Shown here piece after piece: positions 21,238-30,761 of a DNA stretch of 64,000 nt (the stretch's first letter is position 1; every line of letters starts with the position of its first letter). The stretch is from a virus. The DNA is taken from positions 8,555 to 72,554 of IMG/VR virus record IMGVR_UViG_3300020204_000022; one strand, given 5' to 3'. A program made the position numbers and the translations under genes. The notes beneath the pieces were generated by a model that saw nothing but the letters and a program-made list of their open reading frames with translations, was not told the origin of the DNA and made no database searches.

Positions 21238-22302
21238 ATGGAACTCGCCAAAATAGAAAATCTAGTCGAAACTGTTCTCAGAAAATCCTTTCCTGGAGAT
21301 TCTGCCAGACAAAAAATTTACCTGGCCGGCAACAGAATCAATTTTTCTTGTCCTTACTGTGGAGACAGTTCAACGGGAAGGAAAAAGAGAGGAAACTTTT
21401 ATCTGACCACTTTGTGTTATAAGTGTTATAATGGGGGATGTGGTATTTTTAAAGATGGCTATGCTTTCTTTACAGATTTTGAAGTTCTGTCTGAGCTGAA
21501 TCCTGAAGATAGAAGAGAAATCCTTAAGATCGTCAAGGAAAGTAAAGAAAAAAGAAAAACACATTATGGGGATGTTGATATTTCAATGTTGTTTGAAATC
21601 GACTTCAAAAAATGTGTTATCCCCAGAAATGTTTTAATACAACGTTTGAATTTGGAAAATGTTGAGGGTTCTTCAATCGCCGGATATTTAAAAAGAAGAA
21701 ATCAAGTTCTTGACCACAGGTTCGCATGGGATCCGGCGGAGGAAAGACTTTTCCTTTTCAATTTGACCAAAGATGAAGAAATTTTAGGTCTTCAGGTCAG
21801 ATCCATGTCCAAATCAACCAGGGCTTCTAAATATTACACCTACAAGTTGAGCGGGATCTGGGAGAAAATGATGGGCGAGACCAACCCTGAATTTTTAATG
21901 GAATGTGGTAAGATAGATCCTATCTCCCATGTTTTTGGAATAGGTCGAATTTCATTCGATCGTACGATCACAATTTTTGAGGGCCCAATGGATTCTTGGT
22001 TCTGGGAAAATTCGGTTGGTCTTTGTTCGATAGAAAACAAATTTCCATTTGAATTTGAAGACATCAGATTTTGGTACGATTGGGATAAAGCAGGAAGAAC
22101 AAAATCTTTGGAAATGCTCACCAAAGGAAATTTGGTTTTCAACTGGAGAAAATTTTTAGAAGATCACAACCTACCCCTGGACAAAAAGTGGGATTTAAAC
22201 GATCTGGTGAATTATCTTCGTTTGAAGAAATTGAAGATCAGAAGATTTGAAGATTATTTCACAAAAGAAACTTTAGATCTAACATACTTCATGGAGGTTT
22301 AA
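21238..22302 (+). CDS. DNA primase (Zn-finger plus Toprim, T4 gp61-like)
   Basis: FSCPYCGDSSTGRKKRGNFY...CYKCYNGGC zinc ribbon. Toprim-like TIFEGPMDSWF and a later WDKAG. Confidence 0.75.
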   Translation: MELAKIENLVETVLRKSFPGDSARQKIYLAGNRINFSCPYCGDSSTGRKKRGNFYLTTLCYKCYNGGCGIFKDGYAFFTDFEVLSELNPEDRREILKIVKESKEKRKTHYGDVDISMLFEIDFKKCVIPRNVLIQRLNLENVEGSSIAGYLKRRNQVLDHRFAWDPAEERLFLFNLTKDEEILGLQVRSMSKSTRASKYYTYKLSGIWEKMMGETNPEFLMECGKIDPISHVFGIGRISFDRTITIFEGPMDSWFWENSVGLCSIENKFPFEFEDIRFWYDWDKAGRTKSLEMLTKGNLVFNWRKFLEDHNLPLDKKWDLNDLVNYLRLKKLKIRRFEDYFTKETLDLTYFMEV

Positions 22303-22304
22303 AC

Positions 22305-22514
22305 ATGTTCTTACACGATTATAATCCTGAGAAGCCACCAAAAAAACAAAATGGGCTGAAATTTCCTATCACCCTCCATGAGGTCGATGAACTACATTCT
22401 TTGAATGTGATCGAAGATCTAGCATCTTACGAAGAACCTAAATTGAAACAAAAGAAGTCGATCCCAGTAGATTTAAATAGAAAGAAAAAAAATAACAGAA
22501 ATCAATTATTCTAA
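22305..22514 (+). CDS. hypothetical small protein
   Basis: 69-aa ORF tiled between the primase gene and the next gene. Lys-rich C-terminus. Confidence 0.4.
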   Translation: MFLHDYNPEKPPKKQNGLKFPITLHEVDELHSLNVIEDLASYEEPKLKQKKSIPVDLNRKKKNNRNQLF

Positions 22515-22516
22515 AA

Positions 22517-22954
22517 GTGGCAGATACAGATTTTCACAAAGTTTTCGAATCGGAAAGAGCCGAATGGAGAGAAAAAATCCAGGTTATTTCTTTAAGTTTG
22601 AAGAACATCAGAACTGTGGCAGAGGCACAAATCGAACTTTTTAGCACCAGACAAATTTTGATCGAGTACAGCTTCAAACTGGCATCGATCATTTCCAAGC
22701 TTTCATCAAGAGAAAGACAAGAAAGGGCAAAAAAGTTGAAGGAATACCAGGAAAACAAAGATATCAGGTATGGTAGCAATGAAACCAAAACTCTAATCGA
22801 AGGAGATCTTGCCGAGATAACACAAAAAATAGAACTCGTAGAAGGACACCGTAAATTCATGGATCAGACTGTTCAAACTGTTGACCACATGCTATATGGG
22901 ATAAAACAAAGAGTTTCTTTGGAAGAATATCTGAGAGGAAGCACAATAAAATAA
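22517..22954 (+). CDS. hypothetical helical protein (possible UvsY-like mediator, weak)
   Basis: 145 aa, GTG start. Size, position next to the helicase, and loose C-terminal resemblance to T4 UvsY (NETKTLIEGD...YGIKQRVSLEEYLRG). Not verified. Confidence 0.35.
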   Translation: MADTDFHKVFESERAEWREKIQVISLSLKNIRTVAEAQIELFSTRQILIEYSFKLASIISKLSSRERQERAKKLKEYQENKDIRYGSNETKTLIEGDLAEITQKIELVEGHRKFMDQTVQTVDHMLYGIKQRVSLEEYLRGSTIK

Positions 22955-22966
22955 TTTCACCTGAGC

Positions 22967-24490
22967 ATGTTGAAGTTTACAGTTTCCGAAGATCGCCAGT
23001 GGCTCATCATGAGCAATCTTGTCACGGAAGTAGAAAAAAGACAAATTGAGATTTCTCTAACAAGAAAAGTTCACAATTGGTTTTTCCATCCTCTGGTCAA
23101 GAAAAAAATCTGGGATGGAAACATTTGTTTTGTAGAAAAAAAAGGTTTGGTTTGGAGAGTTCCGATAGGTCTATGGATGGAGATCTTTAACATAGGAAAA
23201 GAATTCGGATATGAAGTTCAGATAGAAGGCCTGGATTCATTGCTACTTTCAGATCTGACTTTGGAGGAATTCCAAAATTGGGTGAACGAATTTTTTGAAA
23301 ACAAAGAAATAAAACCAAGGGACTATCAGATTGAGGCCGCCTGGAAGATCGTCAAATATCGTTATTCGGTTTCTGAGATAGCAACTTCATCTGGTAAAAC
23401 ACTCATTGCCTTCATGATTTTGACTTTTCTAAAATCTAGGAATTTGATTCGAAAATTCCTGATGGTGGTTCCCAGCACCAATCTTGTTTTTCAAGGAAAC
23501 GACGACTTTTTGGATTATGGGATCGGGGAACTTGGAGTAAAGATACAACAGATAGGTGGGGGTAGCAAGATAAGAGAAGGCTGTGACATTATCATCGGAA
23601 CATTTCAGTCTTTGGTGAAACAAGAACAAGATTTCTTTGAGGGCATAGACGCCGTTTTTGTGGATGAGGCCCATCACACTAATTCTATGTCCATCAAGAA
23701 AATCATGTCGAAATGTATGGGGACCGGGTGGCGTTTTGGACTAACCGGGACTCTTACCAAGAGGGGAACGGCAGACCATCTTACGATCCAGCAATTTTTA
23801 GGTCCGGTCATTGTGGAGATATCCCCCGACTTTTTGTTCCAAAACAAACACGCTACTCCGGTGGCAATCAAAGTTGTGATGCTCGACTGGTTAGATTCTG
23901 AAATCAAGGACAAACTAGCCCAGCTTAAATTCACCTCCCAAAATTTAGAAGGAACAGAAATTTACAACATTGAAAGAAAGATGGTGGTGGAAAGCGAAAA
24001 GAGACTTGCCTACATCGTGGATTTTGTGGCCAAAACTTCTAAAAATTCTTTGGTTCTTTTTCAATCCGTTAAGGACGAATATGGAAAACAAATTTGGAAT
24101 CGTCTGAGAGAACTAGATTCCTCGAAAGAGGTTTTCTATGTGGACGGCGACACGGATGAAAAATTGAGGGAAGAGTACAAATCCAGAATGGGGGATGGAG
24201 AAAATAAAATCCTTGTTGCCACTTTCGGAACCTTTGCCACCGGTATTTCCATCAATAACCTTCACAACATTTTTCTGGTAGAATCCTACAAGAGCGAGAT
24301 TCTGATCAAGCAAAGTCTCGGCAGAGGTATGAGGTTGATGGAGGGAAAGGAGAAGGTGAATGTCATCGATTTTGTGGATGATTTTTCCTCCCCAAAATAC
24401 ACAAATTATTTAATGAAACACGGGCAGGCAAGAATTGAAATTTACAAAAACGAAAAATTCAAGTACCAAATTTTCAAGGTAAAGCTGTAA
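22967..24490 (+). CDS. SF2 DNA helicase (UvsW-like)
   Basis: PRDYQ, TSSGKT (Walker A), VFVDEAHH (motif II), GLTGT (III), QSLGRGMR (VI). Confidence 0.8.
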   Translation: MLKFTVSEDRQWLIMSNLVTEVEKRQIEISLTRKVHNWFFHPLVKKKIWDGNICFVEKKGLVWRVPIGLWMEIFNIGKEFGYEVQIEGLDSLLLSDLTLEEFQNWVNEFFENKEIKPRDYQIEAAWKIVKYRYSVSEIATSSGKTLIAFMILTFLKSRNLIRKFLMVVPSTNLVFQGNDDFLDYGIGELGVKIQQIGGGSKIREGCDIIIGTFQSLVKQEQDFFEGIDAVFVDEAHHTNSMSIKKIMSKCMGTGWRFGLTGTLTKRGTADHLTIQQFLGPVIVEISPDFLFQNKHATPVAIKVVMLDWLDSEIKDKLAQLKFTSQNLEGTEIYNIERKMVVESEKRLAYIVDFVAKTSKNSLVLFQSVKDEYGKQIWNRLRELDSSKEVFYVDGDTDEKLREEYKSRMGDGENKILVATFGTFATGISINNLHNIFLVESYKSEILIKQSLGRGMRLMEGKEKVNVIDFVDDFSSPKYTNYLMKHGQARIEIYKNEKFKYQIFKVKL

Positions 24491-24498
24491 TCGAAAGA

Positions 24499-24508
24499 AG
24501 ATATATAG
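24499..24508 (+). promoter_or_regulatory. late-promoter-like motif AGATATATAG
   Basis: Intergenic. Ends 18 nt before the ATG at 24526. Confidence 0.45.
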
Positions 24509-24525
24509 GTAAAATTAAATTTGGT

Positions 24526-25008
24526 ATGCCTCCATTACTTAAATTCGATGAATTCAATTTCATAAACGAAAATTCAACCCGGAAAAAATGGGAAGATTTG
24601 GAAGCTAGAATTAGAGCCAAAGTTCCCGAAATAGGTGGGGAAACTTGGAGAGGATCCTCGAGCTGGACGGATGCCAGTATAGACAACCCGGAAGGAGCTC
24701 TAGGAAGAATTTTGGGTGGTATTGGAATTGGTCTCTCAAAGGCTGGCAAAGCAATTTTTGGTGCCATTGGAGATAAATTTAATTCGGGTTCAAAAGGCGA
24801 AGAGGAAGCTTTCAGCCGGTGGGGTGAAAATATCCAGTCCAGCGGTAAGAACAAACAAAAAGATTATGAAGATTTTTACACCAAATCCATTTACTCCGGC
24901 AAAGAAACTTTCGGTCCTGATTTTGATGTTGAAAAACCCAGAACCAGAGAACAGAGAAAATACCGAGATTATCTTAGAAGATCAAGATCATATTTTGACA
25001 TAGACTAA
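24526..25008 (+). CDS. hypothetical Gly-rich protein with CTS-like leader
   Basis: N-terminus MPPLLKFDEFNFINE. Gly-zipper-like GRILGGIGIGLSKAGKAIFGAIG. Confidence 0.55.
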   Translation: MPPLLKFDEFNFINENSTRKKWEDLEARIRAKVPEIGGETWRGSSSWTDASIDNPEGALGRILGGIGIGLSKAGKAIFGAIGDKFNSGSKGEEEAFSRWGENIQSSGKNKQKDYEDFYTKSIYSGKETFGPDFDVEKPRTREQRKYRDYLRRSRSYFDID

Positions 25009-25947
25009 ATGATTGCTAATTTTAACCAATTTATGAGATTAAACGAAGGCGGATCTGCCATCAAATCCTCACGTAGAATTCGAGAGGACGAAGCACAGTC
25101 CACACTGGACCACATCGAATCAACTTTATTTCCCCTTTTAGGTGGTGGTAATTTCGATGAAGATTTTTTGCTCATCGGAAGTATTGGAAAAAAGAAAAAT
25201 CCGGAAGATGACTCGGGAGACGTTGATTTAGGTATTTCAAAGGAATTTCTTGTGGATCAAATGGGTTCTACACCCGAAAATGTTCTGGTAGATTTGGAAC
25301 AATATTTGAAATCAGAATTACCAGAATTTCTTGGATTTGAACCCGAAATGAAGTTAATGAAGGGATTGGGTGTACTTTCTATCGGATGGCCTATTGGAGG
25401 AGAGCCTGAAAGAGGTATTGTTCAGCTCGACCTTATTCCTCTATCCGATATGGATTGGGCAAGGTTTATTTATTACTCTCCAGACTATCGTCTGGACGAA
25501 TCTGTTTACAAATCTGCCCATAGAAATTGGCTATTTCAGGCCATTCTTTCCTCTTTGAAAGAGGTAGAAAGTGTGGACGATGATGGAAATATCATGGATT
25601 ACGAAGGTTATGTTTTGAGATTAAGCGAAGGAATTTTCAAATCAAAAAAATCATATCGTGGAATCAAAAAACCCAGACTTTCCCGGCCACAAACCATAGA
25701 AGGAACAGCCCAATTTATTACCAACGATCCAAAAGAGGCAGTAGAACTTATGTTTGGGCCAGGAATTAGACCCGATCAAGTAAAAACATTCGAAGATGCC
25801 TGGTCCCAAGTTACTTCTCTCAATTATGTTTATAACGATAGATTTCCAGAAATCATGGAAGACTTTGTCAGATATCTAGAAAATGCTAAATTACCAATTC
25901 CCTCCGAGGTACAGGCAAAACAAAATTTGGTGCCAGATGATGTTTGA
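25009..25947 (+). CDS. Pol-beta superfamily nucleotidyltransferase with CTS-like leader
   Basis: LLIGSIGKKKNPEDDSGDVDLGI fits hG[GS]-x(9-13)-DhDh. N-terminus MIANFNQFMRLNE. Confidence 0.55.
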   Translation: MIANFNQFMRLNEGGSAIKSSRRIREDEAQSTLDHIESTLFPLLGGGNFDEDFLLIGSIGKKKNPEDDSGDVDLGISKEFLVDQMGSTPENVLVDLEQYLKSELPEFLGFEPEMKLMKGLGVLSIGWPIGGEPERGIVQLDLIPLSDMDWARFIYYSPDYRLDESVYKSAHRNWLFQAILSSLKEVESVDDDGNIMDYEGYVLRLSEGIFKSKKSYRGIKKPRLSRPQTIEGTAQFITNDPKEAVELMFGPGIRPDQVKTFEDAWSQVTSLNYVYNDRFPEIMEDFVRYLENAKLPIPSEVQAKQNLVPDDV

Positions 25948-26365
25948 TCCTTTGTACACGGCCTTGGATTTTTTCCTTGATGGCGATTCCCCCCAGGCGG
26001 TCGTCAGAGATGGAAAGTTGGTGCTGTTCAAAACAGAAAACGGTTCTTCTGGTTTAATTATCAAAACAAAACACGGGGACAGAAAAATCGTGTTGAACAA
26101 CGAGGTAATTTACACTTTGGAAAAAAAGGTCTTCGAATTGATTGATTTCGAAAATTTTGATCCTCCAGGAATTCAGATTTACCTTCCTAAACTTATTTTG
26201 GCTTGGAATTCTCCTTTACAGTTAAAATCAAAGATCTTTGTTAGAAAAATTATCGAAGGAATTAGTCAGGTTATTCATTTGGATCTGGTTGAAGATTTAA
26301 ACAAAGAAATGGAAAAGGCGTTTGGGATATTTACATTTGTAAAGGATCTCCCATTAAATAAATAA
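25937..26365 (+). CDS. hypothetical protein
   Basis: ATGATG at 25937 inside track ORF 25883..26365. Overlaps the upstream stop by 11 nt. Confidence 0.45.
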   Translation: MMFDPLYTALDFFLDGDSPQAVVRDGKLVLFKTENGSSGLIIKTKHGDRKIVLNNEVIYTLEKKVFELIDFENFDPPGIQIYLPKLILAWNSPLQLKSKIFVRKIIEGISQVIHLDLVEDLNKEMEKAFGIFTFVKDLPLNK

Positions 26366-26368
26366 ATT

Positions 26369-28282
26369 ATGGCAGGAATTAATCACCTATATGATATGTA
26401 CAATAAGAAAGGAGCGGAGTTTACTCAATCTCTCTTTTCTCAATTTGTTACCATCAACGAAAAGATGGATGGGTCTGCCTTTTGTTTTGAAAGAGATCTG
26501 GACACTGGAAAATTTAATTTTTATCGTAGAGATCAAAGAAATCCCATAACATTGGTCGACAGGACGTTGATGAAGTATTATGAAAAACCAATCCAGTACA
26601 TCGAATCCTTGCCTCCTGATATTTTAGAGAAAATTCCAAGAGGATGGAGATTCGGTTTTGAATATTTTGCCAACACAAGTCCGGTTGAAATTGTTTACGA
26701 TAGAATTCCCAAGAATCACCTCATTCTTTCTTTTGTCCACAAAATGGATTTACACGGAAAGATTGCCAAAACAATTCAACAAAAAGACAAGTTGGATACC
26801 TGGGCAGATCTTCTCGGAGTGGAAAGAAGTCCAATCATTTTCCAAGGATATCTGAATGAAACACAAAAAGAGCAGCTGACCGAATTTTTGGCAACCCCAT
26901 TTCCACAGTTGGTTTCCCGTTTTCAAACACAGAGTTTTGTTAGATTCATCATTTCTGTTTTGAATCCAAAATTGAAATCATCCGCCCTGAACGATGATTT
27001 AGATAAAGACGTCGAAGGAGTGGTATTCAGATTTGGAGAACCAAACTCGGAGAACGAAACTGTGCTGGCCAAAATGGTAGATCCACTGTTCACCGATTTA
27101 GCCAAAACTAAATATCAAGAAAAGAAGGATAAAAAGCCTTCTGATTTTCTTGGGATCACACTTTTGGACGTCATGAATTTTATCCTTCAACAAGGTGTAG
27201 ATTCTTTCGAGGTTGAAGGTCAGGGGGAAGACGAAAGATATATTTCTTTCATTTCTGATGTTTTTGCTAAATTTTTGGATGAAAATTCCGATAAATATAA
27301 AGGGACAGACTTTGAAGAACCTGATTATTTGAAGAAGCCCGAGTTCAGGTTGAATCGGGATTTAATCAGGGATCGTAGGGTTGCTAAATTTGTCGAAGAA
27401 GACGAGGCATACGAGTCACTGTACAAGCTGATGTTAAATTCATTCAGAAAACTTAAAACCCGTGCTTCTGGCATTGTTACCTCTGGAACTCTGGCCCAGC
27501 TAAATTTGCTAATTCAAGAAATTAAAGATCATATCGAACGTCCTAAAAAAGCAGTCAACGAATCAGAATTTGTTAGTTTTTTGGATTTTCAAAAGGATTC
27601 AAAGCCCAATGTCCAATATGTGTTGGAAGAAAGCGAGGATTCAGAGAAGAACGAGAATCCTTTACTTTCATTCGATGATTTCATTTCAAAATTAGAAAGC
27701 ATCGACCAACACTCAAATAAAGGAGAAGAGCCGTTGGTTGAGAAGGAAGAAGACAAAAAGATCAACGTTATTGTGGGTCGTTTTCAGCCTTTCCATTTGG
27801 GTCATCTGAATATGGCTAAAAAATTACACGAGAAAAATAAATTACCTTCTTTTGTGATCGTTGTTTATCCGGGACACAATAAGAGCGGAAAATCCCCATT
27901 TGGCGAGCAAACAATAAATCAGTACATGGATGCTGTGGTGAAAGAACATGGTGATGTGTTAAAAGACTACATGATTGTTCCAAGGGGTTTGTTGGGATCT
28001 GCGGTGAATAAATTGGTTGAGATGGGATTTGAACCTCATCTTGTTGGTGCAGGTGAAGATCGACAGGACGATTATGCCAAACAGATGGAATACATCAAAA
28101 AAACAGAGTTGTTTGATAAATTACCGGAAGGATTCAAATTGGTTGAAACACCAAGAAGCACATCTGCCACAGAGGTGAGATCTAAATTGGAAGAAGAAGA
28201 TTATTCCTCATTGAAAAAGATGCTTCCAAAATCGGTTCTCAATTTATATTCGGGTTTGGTCTCAGAGCTGAAAAAAAAATAG
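26369..28282 (+). CDS. fusion protein: N-terminal ATP-dependent RNA/DNA-ligase-like nucleotidyltransferase plus C-terminal NMNAT-type (HxGH) adenylyltransferase
   Basis: Ligase motifs in order: I INEKMDGSAF, III RFGFEYF, IV VEGVVFRFG, V LAKMVD. C-terminal GRFQPFHLGH and TSATEVR match the archaeal-type NMN adenylyltransferase HxGH and ISxTxxR motifs. Confidence 0.7.
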   Translation: MAGINHLYDMYNKKGAEFTQSLFSQFVTINEKMDGSAFCFERDLDTGKFNFYRRDQRNPITLVDRTLMKYYEKPIQYIESLPPDILEKIPRGWRFGFEYFANTSPVEIVYDRIPKNHLILSFVHKMDLHGKIAKTIQQKDKLDTWADLLGVERSPIIFQGYLNETQKEQLTEFLATPFPQLVSRFQTQSFVRFIISVLNPKLKSSALNDDLDKDVEGVVFRFGEPNSENETVLAKMVDPLFTDLAKTKYQEKKDKKPSDFLGITLLDVMNFILQQGVDSFEVEGQGEDERYISFISDVFAKFLDENSDKYKGTDFEEPDYLKKPEFRLNRDLIRDRRVAKFVEEDEAYESLYKLMLNSFRKLKTRASGIVTSGTLAQLNLLIQEIKDHIERPKKAVNESEFVSFLDFQKDSKPNVQYVLEESEDSEKNENPLLSFDDFISKLESIDQHSNKGEEPLVEKEEDKKINVIVGRFQPFHLGHLNMAKKLHEKNKLPSFVIVVYPGHNKSGKSPFGEQTINQYMDAVVKEHGDVLKDYMIVPRGLLGSAVNKLVEMGFEPHLVGAGEDRQDDYAKQMEYIKKTELFDKLPEGFKLVETPRSTSATEVRSKLEEEDYSSLKKMLPKSVLNLYSGLVSELKKK

Positions 28283-28290
28283 ATATATAC
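28281..28290 (+). promoter_or_regulatory. late-promoter-like motif AGATATATAC
   Basis: Overlaps the stop codon of the upstream gene. Ends 17 nt before the GTG at 28307. Confidence 0.45.
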
Positions 28291-28306
28291 ACAAAAAAGA
28301 TCCACT

Positions 28307-28840
28307 GTGAAAAATTTATTCAATTATACAGATTTTCTATCCAAAAATTTGAACGAGGCCGATGGCTTTGGAACTATGCCCTTCTTGCTTAAAAAAGAAG
28401 GTGATGTTTATTACTATTTTTTCCAATTGGAAAGAGAAAAAGAAGACCCAGAGGGATTTTGTCTTATGATTGGTAAGTATTCACAATACGAGTCGATGGA
28501 TGGACCTAAAAATTCATATGCTGTTTTGAATATCAACAAAATTGGAACAGAAGTTATTGAAGACATAGCCATCAACAAGGGAAGCTTGCCAGAAAAAAAC
28601 AAAGTTTCTTTCAAATTATCCGGGGGTGAACTCTCAAGATTATTCGAACAAATTGGAAAGTGTATTTCCAGCTACCTGGAGAAAAATCCAAAAATCATCA
28701 GAATGGTTGACGAAATGAATTTTAACTTGGATATCAAGAACTATGGAGCATATTCTAAATCTCTGCTTTCTTTTGCTTTAGGAGAAGATTGGCACATGCA
28801 AGATGGATCGTCAAAAAAGATTTACCTTTGGAATCGATAA
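28307..28840 (+). CDS. hypothetical protein with CTS-like leader (GTG start)
   Basis: N-terminus MKNLFNYTDFLSKNLNEADG. 177 aa. Confidence 0.5.
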   Translation: MKNLFNYTDFLSKNLNEADGFGTMPFLLKKEGDVYYYFFQLEREKEDPEGFCLMIGKYSQYESMDGPKNSYAVLNINKIGTEVIEDIAINKGSLPEKNKVSFKLSGGELSRLFEQIGKCISSYLEKNPKIIRMVDEMNFNLDIKNYGAYSKSLLSFALGEDWHMQDGSSKKIYLWNR

Positions 28841-28917
28841 AAAAATCGAACTTATGCATCCAAAAATGGGAACTTTTTAGAATTTTTGATCTAAAATAAA
28901 ACAAAAAACCAATTATC

Positions 28918-29094
28918 ATGCAAACATTTGAAGCAATCAAATCTTTGGTAGAAACAGTTGAAACTGATTATGTGAAATTTTCAGTTAAAGGCAATATGTC
29001 TGCTGGCACCCGTGTTAGACAGTCTTTGCAAGAACTGAAAAAACTGGCTCAGCAACTTAGGCTTGAAATCCAAGAGGAAAAAAACAAAGCGTAA
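28918..29094 (+). CDS. Hc1-type histone H1-like small DNA-binding protein (not in ORF track, 58 aa)
   Basis: Translation MQTFEAIKSLVETVETDYVKFSVKGNMSAGTRVRQSLQELKKLAQQLRLEIQEEKNKA. The KGN-x-xAGTR-x-R...LK-LAQ pattern is that of Bacteroidota histone-H1-like proteins. Followed by a strong terminator. Confidence 0.65.
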   Translation: MQTFEAIKSLVETVETDYVKFSVKGNMSAGTRVRQSLQELKKLAQQLRLEIQEEKNKA

Positions 29095-29115
29095 TTTCTT
29101 TCTACTAATTATAAA

Positions 29116-29141
29116 GGCAACTTTAAGAGTTGCCTTTTTTT
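29116..29141 (+). terminator. intrinsic terminator
   Basis: GGCAACT-ttaag-AGTTGCC followed by a T7 run. Confidence 0.85.
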
Positions 29142-29161
29142 GTGCTTTGTGATTTTATAAA

Positions 29162-29171
29162 AGATATATAG
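29162..29171 (+). promoter_or_regulatory. late-promoter-like motif AGATATATAG
   Basis: Intergenic. Ends 73 nt upstream of the ATG at 29244 (long leader). Confidence 0.4.
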
Positions 29172-29243
29172 ATCGAAAGATTTGTATTTCTTGGAGAAAC
29201 AAAAATTAGAAGAAAAGTAAAAAAAACATCTAAATAAATTTTT

Positions 29244-29450
29244 ATGCCATACTACATCGCAAGAGTACAATTCGAATCTGGTGAAACCAAGAAAAATGGA
29301 GATCCTGTCATGTCCAAAGGAGAATTTTTGGTCGAGGCAGAATCCGTTCTGGAAGTTGAACACAAAGTTGCCCAACACCTCGAGGGTGTTTCCGGATTTT
29401 TTGAAACAATCCAAATTTCAAAATCCAAAGTCGAAGCAGTGATTTCGTGA
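29244..29450 (+). CDS. small protein resembling Bacteroidota DUF4494-type proteins
   Basis: YYIARVQFES...GEFLVEAESVLEVEHKV...GFFETIQISKSKVEAVI parallels the W-F-E-C-K...YLVDA-SFTEAE...GEF-V--I pattern, from memory. Confidence 0.45.
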   Translation: MPYYIARVQFESGETKKNGDPVMSKGEFLVEAESVLEVEHKVAQHLEGVSGFFETIQISKSKVEAVIS

Positions 29451-29464
29451 AATAATTCAATGGA

Positions 29465-30064
29465 ATGAAAAGAAAGAACCCGTCTCTTACCTCAAGCTAC
29501 AAACCACCAAAATCTGCCAAGAAAATTCCTTCGGGAGATACGGGTTTCAAGATTGTGGATAAGGCTTTCAAACAAAGCAATGAGGCGGAGACGAGTTCTT
29601 ATATGCCACCACAATCCCCAATTGCTATCCAGCCCGGAGACAAGGGATTCGAAATTGTGGGAAAGGCATACAACAAGTGGCTTTGGACTTTTCCCGAGTG
29701 GAAAAAGAAATCTTCTAAAATCATCAATCCGAATGCCAATTGGGGATTGAATGCAAAGCCTATGACCCCGGCGGAGATGAAGAAGAAAATGAAAAACCTT
29801 TATCTAAAAGAGGAGGATACATCTAGAGAGATTCTCAAAGGTGGTCTTGGGGATAATCTCACAATTTTAGATTTAGCAAAAAAACACACCGGATCTCTTG
29901 ACCACGATTTATCTGGTGTTGTAGATTACCTAACCAGACAATTGGTCGATGGAGTTTTTGTTGAGATGGAACACACGGATTCCCCACAAAAAGCAAGAGA
30001 GATAGCAATGGATCACCTATTTGAAGATCCGAACTATTACATTAAATTAAAAAAAATCGAATAA
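29465..30064 (+). CDS. hypothetical protein with internal duplication
   Basis: SSYKPPKSAKKIPSGDTGFKIVDKAFKQ repeats as SSYMPPQSPIAIQPGDKGFEIVGKAYNK. C-terminal VEMEHTDSPQKAREIAMDHLFEDPNYYIKLKKIE. Confidence 0.5.
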   Translation: MKRKNPSLTSSYKPPKSAKKIPSGDTGFKIVDKAFKQSNEAETSSYMPPQSPIAIQPGDKGFEIVGKAYNKWLWTFPEWKKKSSKIINPNANWGLNAKPMTPAEMKKKMKNLYLKEEDTSREILKGGLGDNLTILDLAKKHTGSLDHDLSGVVDYLTRQLVDGVFVEMEHTDSPQKAREIAMDHLFEDPNYYIKLKKIE

Positions 30065-30068
30065 TAAA

Positions 30069-30761
30069 ATGCCAGCAGTTTCAAAAGCACAACAAGCAAT
30101 AATGGGCCAGGCCTGGGCCTTAAGATCTGGATCTCTCAAATTGAAAGATATAGATTCAAGATATAGGAAGATAGTTAAGGATATAGCCGATGGAGAAATG
30201 TCGGATAGGGAACTTGAAAAGTTCGCCTCTACAAAAACAAAAAGACTTCCGCATTACGTGAAAGAAACTTTTGAATATGATGACTATGAAGCAGTGGATG
30301 AGGATTCAATCAAATCCAAAACTCAATATTACAAACCAGGTGAAAAAATTCGTGTTTTGAATGTTACTTACCCAGAATGGTATTCACCTGCCAAGGGGTT
30401 CGAGAACGTTAAAGTAGGAGATGTTCTTACCATTACAGACGTTGGACAAAATGTAGTTGGTCACGTTTATTTCACCGATTTTAACGATGACTATGGATTG
30501 AGTATCGAGGATATTGAAATGCTTACTGGTAAAGTTCAAGAATCTGAATCTTTATACGAAAAGGGAATCCCGGTAGCTGGGGCAACATCTCCTTTAATTG
30601 GTTCAAAGAAAATACCAACTTTCACACCCGGTCTCAATGTTGGTGGTGGGATCAAACCAATTACCCCACATTTGAACCCCGACGTGACCAAACCAAAGGG
30701 GAAAAAGAAAATGTCACATCTGGCAGACTATCGAGATTATATTGCCACCAAAAAATCTTAA
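30069..30761 (+). CDS. hypothetical protein (N-terminal MPAVSKAQQAIMGQAWALRSG, DUF3008-like)
   Basis: The N-terminal KAQQ-x-MG-A motif resembles DUF3008, from memory. Rest unknown. Confidence 0.5.
   Translation: MPAVSKAQQAIMGQAWALRSGSLKLKDIDSRYRKIVKDIADGEMSDRELEKFASTKTKRLPHYVKETFEYDDYEAVDEDSIKSKTQYYKPGEKIRVLNVTYPEWYSPAKGFENVKVGDVLTITDVGQNVVGHVYFTDFNDDYGLSIEDIEMLTGKVQESESLYEKGIPVAGATSPLIGSKKIPTFTPGLNVGGGIKPITPHLNPDVTKPKGKKKMSHLADYRDYIATKKS

Noticed and set aside
24474-25003. ORFs 24474..24854 (minus) and 24716..25003 (plus, other frame)
   Set aside because: They overlap the leader-tagged ORF 24526..25008, which has the upstream motif and tiles exactly with its neighbours.
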